From assembly GCA_002307235.1 (NCBI GenBank), contig DBTV01000037.1, positions 15,981-79,980 on the forward strand: 64,000 bases of DNA, in the 5' to 3' direction. The position numbers were made by a program, and so were the translations under genes. Source of the DNA: Acidobacteriaceae bacterium UBA1307. GTDB lineage: Bacteria > Acidobacteriota > Terriglobia > Terriglobales > Acidobacteriaceae. Below are positions 39,684 to 48,322 of the stretch, in pieces. The notes beneath the pieces are model-generated. The model had not been told where the DNA came from. It saw only the letters and a list, made by a program, of their open reading frames with translations, and did not search any database. Numbering within the stretch: position 1 is the first letter of the stretch; each line of letters begins with the position of its first letter.

Positions 39684-40943
39684 TCATTCGGCGACAATTC
39701 CGGCGGGAGCGCTTAGGTTCGTTGGAATATCGAAGGCCATCACGGTGAGAGTAATCTCTCGGTTCGCATCGTTCGGCTGTGCGAAGACGTACCGGAAAGT
39801 GCTCTCGTCAGATTTGCCAAGATCGCGTTTGAAATTGCTATGCGTTGGAACAGCTTCGTCGATCTTTGAGAGAACAGCCGTGAAATCAGCATTTCTGTTG
39901 AAAATGATGACAGCGGTCTTCGTGTCTCTCCAACTCAGATAGGAGAGAAGCTGGTCGAGGGTTGCGAGAAATGCCTTTTCACCTTTCCAGAATTTACACT
40001 CGCCAATAAAAACGCTCTTCCCATCGACGCGAATGAGAATGTCGGTCTTACCCTGGAAATTGAATGTCTCCCCGGTGGCCTGGCCCTGAAAGGCGCCGTT
40101 AAGCTGCACAAGAAAGTGGAAGCGCAGGTCTTCTTCGCCCATGCCTGAAAATGCGTGAGGGCTGAGTTCCATTACTTGCACCATGTTCTTCATGATGCGG
40201 AGTATTTCCTGATAATCCTCGTCGGAGAGAGCGGGCTCGGGCTTGAATGACCCTTGCGTTCTGATCTGCTCGACCTTCGGCACGCGCCGAGAGACGGGAA
40301 CGGCATAGGTGGCGGGTGCGCCGGCGCGCCTTTTCATCGGCAGACCGATCGCCGCCGTCATGCCGGCATCCGCAAGAAGCCGGTCTTTGCGGGTCTTGAT
40401 CTGCGACGTGACCAAATTTTCAAGCTGGCTGTTGAATTGCGCTGCCGATTCCGAGAGAGAGCGCAAGTACTGCTTGATGGAATTCACGGTTCCCTGGTAA
40501 TCGCGCTTAATCGCCTCGGCGTTCTGATCCGTTCTGACATAGGTGAGGAGCAGTTCGCCTTTTCCAATCATAGCTCGGGGTGGACTGAGCGAATAGCTGC
40601 TGGGCTGGACATTGAAAAACTCCGCATCGCCCTTGAAGGGCACCGCGATGACCGTCCTGTTGCCGGGAACATAGAAAGCTCGCGACCGGTCGTAAATCCC
40701 TCTCATGGGATCGCCGCTAACATCGACCTGGGTTTCCCCAGATTCGGCGATATAGATGCCGTCATCGTCAATCACAGGCACATTCAGGCGGAATTCTTCG
40801 ATGAGCGCCTCAACGAGGTCGTGTTCGCTTGCGTTCAGGAGGGTGGCGGACGGAATCGCCTGTATCCTCTTCTTTACGGCCTGCGGTTGGTTCTGCAGAA
40901 TTCCGAATATCTCATATTTATTGAACAGAAGCTCGTCATTCAT
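39684..40943 (-). CDS. Hypothetical protein with C-terminal PD-(D/E)xK nuclease-like domain
   Basis: GKTDILIRVDGKSVFIGECKFWKG gives the D...ExK core (39993-40043). No recognisable N-domain. ATG 40943 follows AAGAGG. Confidence 0.6.
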   Translation of the reverse strand: MNDELLFNKYEIFGILQNQPQAVKKRIQAIPSATLLNASEHDLVEALIEEFRLNVPVIDDDGIYIAESGETQVDVSGDPMRGIYDRSRAFYVPGNRTVIAVPFKGDAEFFNVQPSSYSLSPPRAMIGKGELLLTYVRTDQNAEAIKRDYQGTVNSIKQYLRSLSESAAQFNSQLENLVTSQIKTRKDRLLADAGMTAAIGLPMKRRAGAPATYAVPVSRRVPKVEQIRTQGSFKPEPALSDEDYQEILRIMKNMVQVMELSPHAFSGMGEEDLRFHFLVQLNGAFQGQATGETFNFQGKTDILIRVDGKSVFIGECKFWKGEKAFLATLDQLLSYLSWRDTKTAVIIFNRNADFTAVLSKIDEAVPTHSNFKRDLGKSDESTFRYVFAQPNDANREITLTVMAFDIPTNLSAPAGIVAE

Positions 40944-41103
40944 GTGGGCGCCTCTTAACATGTGCAGACTTCTATGTCTGATCGTCTTCCCAAGTTTGCA
41001 GAAACTATCGCGTACAACAATTGAAATTGTAAATCGATCCCCGAAAGAGGTGAACACCATCTCAGTCGCGGCATGGCGGCGTTCGGCCCACCGGATCGGT
41101 CCC

Positions 41104-41172
41104 GAGTCGGCATGGCGACGCGAATTCCCGGATCGGGGCAGTCATCATTGGTTCCCGTTGGGAACGGCGTTT
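41104..41172 (+). repeat. Intergenic two-hairpin repeat, copy B
   Basis: Contains gtcggCATGGCGACGCGAAT, then gtcatcattgGTTCCCgttGGGAACggcgttt. The second hairpin is conserved with a different loop from copy A. Confidence 0.7.
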
Positions 41173-41196
41173 TCGAGGAGTAATGACATGCGCCGC

Positions 41197-42558
41197 TTAT
41201 AGAATGACGTCAGAATCCGCAGGTTGCGATGTATTTTTCGATTTTACCCATTTGAGAAATGCTTCAATCTCGTCCGGATGAGAGGGTGAGGATCTGTAAC
41301 CGGCAAGCTCAATCACAGCGCGTCGAAGCACGCTCGCCACGAATTCTTCGAGTCCGTCTCGGTCGATTCCAATATGCGGCTGAAGTGTGGACATGACACC
41401 GTGGAGGATTTTTGACCGATTTTCCACAATGGACTTCGCAAATTCATTAGCGGTCGTAGATGATCCAGAAACGATAGGGGCCTCCGGTTTTAGATTGAAA
41501 AAGGCTTCCAACACTAAGCGGATTCGCCGTTGACTTCCTTTCGTGCTTGTCGATTTCAAAAGGACCTCAAGCGATGTCTCAAGCTTCGCTATCGCGATAG
41601 AATCTATTCGTTCCGCCAAAGCCTCGTGATACCAATAGGCGGCATCGCACCAAGCTCGCTCTAACAGGGGAAGCGTAAAGTGGCCGTTAGCAAACGCTGT
41701 CACGCATATCCCAACCGCATCGACCAAAGTCGCGCAGTTTAGCAAAATGTCCTGCATAGTTCCCGGGCCGATATTGATGCCTGCATCGTGAATGCTGTGA
41801 CTGCCACAGTCCGTCGTGGCCGTTCGAGAGAGCGTCTGGCTTTTGGCTCCACCACGACGTGCATCGAGCCTAGACATCCTCCGCGTATTCCATGAAGTCG
41901 GGAGGGCCAACTGCAGCGTCACAATGGCCAGATCGGCTGCAAGCGCCCCGATCTCCTCGCCTCGCTCTTGGTCACTGCCTTCGACGCTGATCTGAGCAAG
42001 CCAGTGAGCACGTTCCGACTTCATGCGTTCGAGCATTGCGTCGAAGTTTTTCCTTAGCATCGAATCCGCAATAGGGGGGTAGAAGTCGGCTCGGGGGACA
42101 TCATCCACGTAAATGAAACGCACCGACCCGATCGTGAATTGCGAAGCAGGCCAGGGCGAAATCGCACATGGAACAAAGACTACGCGAGGTTCAGCCTCGT
42201 GCTGAAACCACGTCCTCAGCTGAGCAACTAGAGCCGTGACATCGTTTGACAGCAGCAACGCGGGGTCGCTCCCAATGTGGCTCTCGATCGCCGTGAAAAT
42301 CTTTCGTCTGATGCGCCGAAAATCGATGCCACGATCCAAGCCTTGGCATTCCTTGATTAGTGCTTGTGCAAGACTGTCGAGTGCGTCGTACGCATCCCGA
42401 GTGAAGACGGCAGTACCTCTTAAACTAGGTAAAAACCACACCATCCCCTCTGATCGAAGATAGTCCGGCGTGACGTCGAGAAAATGGATCGGCCGTTCTT
42501 CTGTACCTCGAATGACAGCGCGCAGCAGCCCCAACTCTCTTCCATAGTCAGATGGCAT
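41197..42558 (-). CDS. Hypothetical protein with C-terminal HEPN-like helical domain
   Basis: 453 aa. C-terminal helical region with an Rx4H signature in IVENRSKILHGV (41401-41418). No other recognisable motifs. Confidence 0.45.
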   Translation of the reverse strand: MPSDYGRELGLLRAVIRGTEERPIHFLDVTPDYLRSEGMVWFLPSLRGTAVFTRDAYDALDSLAQALIKECQGLDRGIDFRRIRRKIFTAIESHIGSDPALLLSNDVTALVAQLRTWFQHEAEPRVVFVPCAISPWPASQFTIGSVRFIYVDDVPRADFYPPIADSMLRKNFDAMLERMKSERAHWLAQISVEGSDQERGEEIGALAADLAIVTLQLALPTSWNTRRMSRLDARRGGAKSQTLSRTATTDCGSHSIHDAGINIGPGTMQDILLNCATLVDAVGICVTAFANGHFTLPLLERAWCDAAYWYHEALAERIDSIAIAKLETSLEVLLKSTSTKGSQRRIRLVLEAFFNLKPEAPIVSGSSTTANEFAKSIVENRSKILHGVMSTLQPHIGIDRDGLEEFVASVLRRAVIELAGYRSSPSHPDEIEAFLKWVKSKNTSQPADSDVIL

Positions 42559-42678
42559 GAATCCACTCCAAGGCTCGGCTCAGCCCGAAGGCAGCCGGTT
42601 GCAGTCCCATAACGCTCATTCTTTCATGAAAGGTGCTAGCTTCTCGAAAACCTCTCAATAGAATTTCTGTCAGATTAG

Positions 42679-42752
42679 TAATGGCAAGTCGCCCAGCCTC
42701 CTGGATTCCGGCTGCCCTTGCCGGTGCTTGATCTCCGGCCGGAACGGCGTTT
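42679..42752 (+). repeat. Intergenic repeat, degenerate copy C
   Basis: taatggcaagtcgcc...cctggatt...TCCGGCCGGAacggcgttt. The terminal 12 nt ggaacggcgttt are identical to copies A and B and are preceded by a palindrome. Confidence 0.4.
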
Positions 42753-43385
42753 ATGAACTGCTCTTCTCGTTCTCATCTCCCAGCAATAAAGCCGAGTTCC
42801 TGAGCCTGCTCCAGCCGGACGACGAGCCGCGCTGCGAGGAAGACATGATCATGATCCCGCGCCAGGGTGAGAACAAAGCAGCACAGCCCATCGCATGACG
42901 TGCTGCCTGCAGACGTCATGCGGCAGGCCACTGTCATTGCTACGATGCTGTGCTGCGACAGTTCGGATACTGTCCAGGAGTCACGCCCCCCTCGCATATC
43001 GATTGCATAGCCTGAAGCCATCCATGGAGCCGCTCTTCTGACGTGCGATTTTGTGGCGTATGCCATCGACTCCTTTATCTCCAATCCCACGCTCTGTGCA
43101 TCGCCCGGACACTGCTTCGGGTTTTAACCGCCGCCCTGCGGACTGCGCGTGTTCTGCTTCGGCTTGCCATCCCGCGGGCGAAGAACTGTCCGCGGGGACC
43201 CCGGCAGGACAGCCGCCCTGTGGGTTTCGGGTCCCTCCAAAACAATCTTCCGCAAAGGACACGGAACATTCTTTTGGCCCTCCCGAAAAAGCACACGCTT
43301 GCCTTGGGAGGCGGACCCCTCGCATCGCTTCGCGTGGTGTGTCCCGGTCGCCTTCAGAGACATGGGACCAAAGGAGATTTCAGAG

Positions 43386-44348
43386 ATGGCAACCACGTCA
43401 GTAGCAATTGCACAGCAGAGCAGCTTCATCAACCAGATCCTTCATGGCGATTGCATCGATATGATGCGTCAGATGTCTGCGAATAGCGTCGATTTCATCC
43501 TCACCGATCCGCCGTATCTGGTGAACTACCGCGACCGCGATGGACGCTCCATTCAGAACGACGCCGATGAGGCCTGGCTCAAACCGGCAATGGCAGAAGC
43601 GTATCGCGTGTTGAAGCAGAACCGCGTAGCCGTCATGTTCTACGGCTGGACGAAGGTCGATGCGTTCTTCGAAGCATGGCGCAGCGCAGGTTTCCAGCCT
43701 GTCGGGCACATCGTATTTCGCAAGAGCTACAGCTCGAAGAGCAGGTTCCTCCGCTATCAGCATGAGCAGGCATTCCTGCTGGCCAAGGGCAGGCCGCCGT
43801 TGCCGAAGCAGCCGCTGGGCGATGTGATGGATATGCCCTACAGTGGCAACAAGCTCCATCCCACGCAGAAACCGATCGCAGCTCTGGTGCCGTTGATCCG
43901 CAGCTTTACTCTACCCGGCGAGAGCGTTCTCGATCCCTTCGCGGGAAGCGGAAGCACCTGCGCAGCCGCGCTGCTTACAGGTCGCAAGTATATCGGCATG
44001 GAAATGGACGAAAAGTATTACACCGAAGCGAGCGATCGTTTGACCAGAGTCCACCAGAGGGTCGCCCAAAGGCGATCTTCTGGTTCGGGCATTCCCACGC
44101 GAGTGTGGTGTTACTCGCGTGCCCGCCACGCCTCAAGGCGAGCTGTCGCTCTGAGCCGTGATGATCGCGGCCTTGACCCGCGACATGCCCGCGAATTCTT
44201 TGCTGGTCATGGTGGGAATGCCCATCTCTGCGCCTCCACGGCGCGAGAAGCTCACATGCTTTCCGTTCCCAACCTGTGTCGCACACGCCACCATCTGTGT
44301 CTCTCGATTATTGACGTAGATGAAATGACCGGAATGAAAAGGCAATAA
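43386..44348 (+). CDS. Orphan N6-adenine/N4-cytosine DNA methyltransferase (beta class, PF01555-like); 3' end doubtful
   Basis: Motif IV DPPY (FILTDPPYLVNY) precedes motif I (VLDPFAGSGSTCAAA). ATG 43386 follows AAGGAGA. The last ~100 codons look non-protein-like. Confidence 0.8.
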   Translation: MATTSVAIAQQSSFINQILHGDCIDMMRQMSANSVDFILTDPPYLVNYRDRDGRSIQNDADEAWLKPAMAEAYRVLKQNRVAVMFYGWTKVDAFFEAWRSAGFQPVGHIVFRKSYSSKSRFLRYQHEQAFLLAKGRPPLPKQPLGDVMDMPYSGNKLHPTQKPIAALVPLIRSFTLPGESVLDPFAGSGSTCAAALLTGRKYIGMEMDEKYYTEASDRLTRVHQRVAQRRSSGSGIPTRVWCYSRARHASRRAVALSRDDRGLDPRHAREFFAGHGGNAHLCASTAREAHMLSVPNLCRTRHHLCLSIIDVDEMTGMKRQ

Positions 44349-44433
44349 TCGAGACCCCAATTCTCGCCTACCTTCGCTTCATGACGTTCGAACGGGGAGT
44401 GCCCCTCGACCGTTTCGCAAACGAAAGGAGCCC

Positions 44434-44763
44434 ATGCACACACTCAAGCAATCCAGACGTCCGCGCCCTGCGGTGCTCGACGCTCACTGGCGGAGGTGGC
44501 TTTTACCTTCGCTTCTCTTCCTTACGGCACTGCCGGTCTACGCGCAATCCGGCAGCGACCCGTGGGACAACGCGGTCAATGTTCTCAAAACTGCTTTTAC
44601 CGGCACGATTGCGACCGGGCTGTCGCTGGTCGCAATCGTGGTTGGCGGTCTGATGTTCGCCTATGGCGAGGGCCAGTCGAAGAAGATGCTCGCCGGGATC
44701 GTCTTCGGCGTCGGCATGGCCATCGGCGCAGTCAACTTCATGGCCTGGCTCTTTCCGAGCTAG
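44434..44763 (+). CDS. virB2: T4SS pilin, VirB2/TrbC family
   Basis: Long signal peptide ending VYAQ, then two hydrophobic helices (IATGLSLVAIVVGGLMF, GIVFGVGMAIGAVNF). Confidence 0.75.
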   Translation: MHTLKQSRRPRPAVLDAHWRRWLLPSLLFLTALPVYAQSGSDPWDNAVNVLKTAFTGTIATGLSLVAIVVGGLMFAYGEGQSKKMLAGIVFGVGMAIGAVNFMAWLFPS

Positions 44764-44788
44764 AGCCCAACAGAGAGGAGATGATCCA

Positions 44789-45103
44789 TTGTCTCAGCCA
44801 GCGGAGCGCAGAGTGAGTTCGGTGTTCAAGGCCATGAACCGCCCGTTGACTGTCCTGGGAGCGGAGCGGCGATTGTTCTTCGTCGCTCTGATCTCGGGAG
44901 GTGCGATCTTCTCTCTTCTGCACTCATTACTCGGTGGAATGGGCCTGTTCATTGTGGGCGTGATCATCGCCCGGATTGCTACCAAGCACGACGTGGAGAT
45001 TCTGCGCGTGCTGTTCAACTCCGGCAAATTCCGCCGACGCTACGATCCACTGCAACAAGACGTGACAGAGATACGCATTGCGAGGAGCGATGGTCAAGGT
45101 TGA
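44789..45103 (+). CDS. virB3: T4SS protein VirB3/TrbD family
   Basis: FKAMNRPLTVLGAERRLFFVALI motif and TM helices. In-frame TTG 44789 lies 9 nt after GAGGAG. Confidence 0.7.
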   Translation: MSQPAERRVSSVFKAMNRPLTVLGAERRLFFVALISGGAIFSLLHSLLGGMGLFIVGVIIARIATKHDVEILRVLFNSGKFRRRYDPLQQDVTEIRIARSDGQG

Positions 45104-47552
45104 CGACATCACGAAAGATTGGCGCGAGGCCGGCTCGTTCGCCGCGCAGATGAACCTGCACGGATTCTGGGACGAGCACGCATTCCTGACAAAATCAGGC
45201 GACCTCGGTTCGGTTCTCAAAATCGGCGGCGCGGATTACGAGAGCCTGGACCACGCCGGACGCGATTATGCGGCTAAGCGCCTCGAAGCCGCACTACGAT
45301 CGCTCGACGAGCGGTGCCGGCTGTATCAGATTCTCTTCAAACGCAACCATCCGGCCATTCCTCATGCAGAGTACGAAAACCCATTGGTCCGCACCGCTGC
45401 GGAGCAGCGCAACGCGTTCCTCGCATCGAAATCAGACCGGCTGTATTCGATTGAGATTTATTGGGTGGTGATGATCGACGGCAGCTATGCCAAGACTAGC
45501 CTGCTGCACGCGCTATCTCGGCTGCCGAAGCAGCCGCGCGCGGCGCTACGCAACCTGCGTGCGCTGTTCTCCGGCAACAAGGAACGCACACTGATCCACG
45601 AGCAGATCGAGCGTGACCGGCTGCGGTTGCAGCAGAAGGTACAAAGTTTGAGTGGGCAGCTAAACGACCTCACCACAGTCGAGCTGCCAGGGGCGGAGGA
45701 GACATTGCGCGTGCTGCGCCGTCTCGTAAACTTCCGCCCCTCCAAGTTTCAGCGCGCGCGGCTCTACGGCTCGCGTCATCTCGACTGGCAGATGTGCGAT
45801 TCGGAGTTGGAAGCGCACCGCGGCTATCTACGCGTAGATGACGATTACGTGCGCGTCCTGACGCTGAAGGAGTTGCCCAGCGAGACACGACCATTGATCC
45901 TCAATGGCCTACTCGACATCCAGGCCAACTTCCACGTCGTCACAGAATGGCATCCCGTAACGAATGAAAAGGCGCGCAAGGAGATCGCCTCGCGCCGTCG
46001 GCACTACCACAACTCGAAGACCAGCTTCGTCTCCAATTTGCAGGACCAGCAGAACACCGGCCAGCAGGACAACCTTGTCGACGACTCCAAAGCCGCCGCC
46101 GTCGCGGAGCTTGGTAATGCACTGACCGCCATCGGCATGGAGGGCAAACACTTCGGCGAGTTCACGCTGTCGGTCGTCGCCTATGACGAAGATCGCATGA
46201 AGGTGGAGAACGCCGTCGCCGAGTTCCAGAAGCTTTTTACACAGCATGACGGGCTGCTCTACGAAGAACGCTACAACCTGCTCAATGCGTTCTTCGCCAC
46301 GGTTCCCGGCAACCGTAGGTTCAACCTGCGCAAACAGTGGGCGTTGAACTCGAACTACGCCGACCTGTCTTTTCTGTTCACCGTCGATAGCGGCGCGCAG
46401 TGGAACCCGCATCTCGAACGCGAGTACCTGCTCGCGCTCGAATCGACGCACGGCACGCCTTACTATCTCAATCTGCACTCGGGCGACGTTGCCCACACGC
46501 TACTGCTCGGAGCAACTGGATCGGGCAAGTCCTTCTGCCTGGCCAGCACGCTACAGGCGGCGCAGAAGTACGATCCGCTGACATTCATCTTCGATCTTGG
46601 CGGCAGCTACGAAACGCTCACCCGTGCCTTCGGTGGCAGTTACCTGAACGTCGGGATGAAGAATCCCGGCTTCACCATCAATCCGTTTTCGCTCGGCCCA
46701 ACGCACGAGAATCAGAACTTTCTCTATCTCTTCCTGCGTGTGCTGATCGAAGCTGGGGGCCGCTACGAACTGACACCGGAGGATGAAAAGGCGCTATTCG
46801 CCGCGATCGAACGCGCCTACAAATTGCCCGCCCAGATACGGACGCTCACGAACTTCGCGTCCATCCTCGGCCCGCTCGGAGAGCGGTTGCACCGCTGGAC
46901 GCAAGCTGGTCAGTTCGGGCATCTCTTTGACAACGTCGAGGACACGCTGACCTTTTCGCGGTTCCAGACCTTCAACTTTGATGGCTGGTCGGATTATCCG
47001 GACATTCTGGAACCGCTGTTGTTCTACATCTTGCAGTGCGCGTCCTCGGAAATTGAGAAGCCCGCCAATACTGCCACGTTCAAGATGTTCGTCATCGACG
47101 AAGCGTGGATCTTTCTGAAGAACAAAACCATTCGCTATTGGATTACTCGCGCCGAAAAGACGTGGCGCAAGAAGAACGCAGCCATGATCCTGGCGACGCA
47201 GTCGGTCGTGGAACTCGCGGCCTCGGACATGTTGCACATCGTCAACGAGTCCTGCCCGACCAAGATCTTCCTGGCCAATCCGAACATCGACCGCAAGCTC
47301 TACGCCGAAATCTTCCAGTTAAACGACACGCAGCTTGAGCTGCTGGAGTCGCTTGTACCCAAGCGCGAACTACTGCTGATCCAGCCGCGCGGGACCAAAA
47401 AGCTGGTGCTTGAAGTTGACGCCCTCGGCTACTGGATGGCGACCAACAACGCCCGCGACAACCTTCGCAAACAGGAATATTTTTCTCGTTTTGGAGCAGA
47501 ACAAGGGTTGCTCCAACTTGCCCATGACTACCCCAACCCACTCAACAACTAA
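45090..47552 (+). CDS. virB4: T4SS ATPase VirB4/TrbE
   Basis: Walker A LLGATGSGKSF and Walker B MFVIDEAW, about 820 aa. The start overlaps the end of virB3. Confidence 0.95.
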   Translation: MVKVDDITKDWREAGSFAAQMNLHGFWDEHAFLTKSGDLGSVLKIGGADYESLDHAGRDYAAKRLEAALRSLDERCRLYQILFKRNHPAIPHAEYENPLVRTAAEQRNAFLASKSDRLYSIEIYWVVMIDGSYAKTSLLHALSRLPKQPRAALRNLRALFSGNKERTLIHEQIERDRLRLQQKVQSLSGQLNDLTTVELPGAEETLRVLRRLVNFRPSKFQRARLYGSRHLDWQMCDSELEAHRGYLRVDDDYVRVLTLKELPSETRPLILNGLLDIQANFHVVTEWHPVTNEKARKEIASRRRHYHNSKTSFVSNLQDQQNTGQQDNLVDDSKAAAVAELGNALTAIGMEGKHFGEFTLSVVAYDEDRMKVENAVAEFQKLFTQHDGLLYEERYNLLNAFFATVPGNRRFNLRKQWALNSNYADLSFLFTVDSGAQWNPHLEREYLLALESTHGTPYYLNLHSGDVAHTLLLGATGSGKSFCLASTLQAAQKYDPLTFIFDLGGSYETLTRAFGGSYLNVGMKNPGFTINPFSLGPTHENQNFLYLFLRVLIEAGGRYELTPEDEKALFAAIERAYKLPAQIRTLTNFASILGPLGERLHRWTQAGQFGHLFDNVEDTLTFSRFQTFNFDGWSDYPDILEPLLFYILQCASSEIEKPANTATFKMFVIDEAWIFLKNKTIRYWITRAEKTWRKKNAAMILATQSVVELAASDMLHIVNESCPTKIFLANPNIDRKLYAEIFQLNDTQLELLESLVPKRELLLIQPRGTKKLVLEVDALGYWMATNNARDNLRKQEYFSRFGAEQGLLQLAHDYPNPLNN

Positions 47553-47561
47553 AGGAGAACC

Positions 47562-48314
47562 ATGCGAACCTCACCCATTGTCCCCCTCTTGCTCGGCCTG
47601 GCCGCGACCGTGGCACACGGCCAGCAGTCCGCCCGCATCGTCAAATACCACTCGAATGATATTGTCAGCGTCCGCGCAAAGATGCGTTACACCACGCTGA
47701 TCGAGCTTCCATCGACCGAAAAGATCATGGAAGTCGCCACCGGAGACAAGGACTTCTGGATCATCGACACGGTCGGCAATTACTGCTTTCTGCATCCGGC
47801 GAAAGAGGGCATTCACTCGAACCTCAACCTGATTACCGATCACGGCAGCGTGTACACCTTCACACTCGACGATGTGGACACCGGCGATCCAGATTTGAAG
47901 GTCGTCATTGAGCCATCCGACCCTTCGTCGCTCGCTGCCGCCAACGGCGTGACCAAACTCGTTTCGGCAGCGGAAGTGGATGCGGCGCGCGCCCAGGCGC
48001 AGATTGCGCAGGCGCGCGCTGCAACTGCAGTCGAGCAGTTCCGCGCAGATTATCCAACCTCTGCTCTCAAGTTCGATTACAGCTACCACAACGAATCGCC
48101 ATTCGATGTCTCTGCTATCTACCACGACGACAAATTCACCTACATCAAGTCGTCAGCTTCCGAGAAGTTCTCGGTGTACGAGTTGAAGGATGGCAAGCCG
48201 GACCTGATCATCTTTCAGTTGAAGGACGGCACCTACATCCTGCCCACGGTCGTTGATCGCGGCTACCTCGAAATCGGCAAGCACAAGCTCAGCTTCGAGC
48301 GGAAAGGGCAGTAG
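47562..48314 (+). CDS. virB9: T4SS outer-membrane core protein VirB9/TrbG family
   Basis: Signal peptide. MRYTTLIELPSTEKIMEVATGDKDFWIID...NLNLITDHGSVYTFTL matches the VirB9/CagX pattern. Confidence 0.85.
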   Translation: MRTSPIVPLLLGLAATVAHGQQSARIVKYHSNDIVSVRAKMRYTTLIELPSTEKIMEVATGDKDFWIIDTVGNYCFLHPAKEGIHSNLNLITDHGSVYTFTLDDVDTGDPDLKVVIEPSDPSSLAAANGVTKLVSAAEVDAARAQAQIAQARAATAVEQFRADYPTSALKFDYSYHNESPFDVSAIYHDDKFTYIKSSASEKFSVYELKDGKPDLIIFQLKDGTYILPTVVDRGYLEIGKHKLSFERKGQ

Positions 48315-48322
48315 GTGCGCCA

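Noticed and set aside
39422-39748. A 108-aa plus-strand ORF lies in the gap between lmuB and the PD-(D/E)xK gene.
   Set aside because: It overlaps repeat copy D and the 3' end of the convergent gene. Its composition is not protein-like.
36131-42752. Could the intergenic repeats be integron attC sites?
   Set aside because: No IntI-type integrase gene is adjacent, because the only recombinase is the tRNA-associated integrase. I could not identify the R''/R' GTTRRRY core sites. The cassettes are in mixed orientation. They are kept as a generic cassette-junction repeat instead.
42773-43090. A 105-aa minus-strand ORF lies between repeat copy C and the methyltransferase gene.
   Set aside because: It has no recognisable motif, an ambiguous start and a Cys/Ala/Arg-rich composition. 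It might be a real small cargo gene, but the sequence alone does not support a call.
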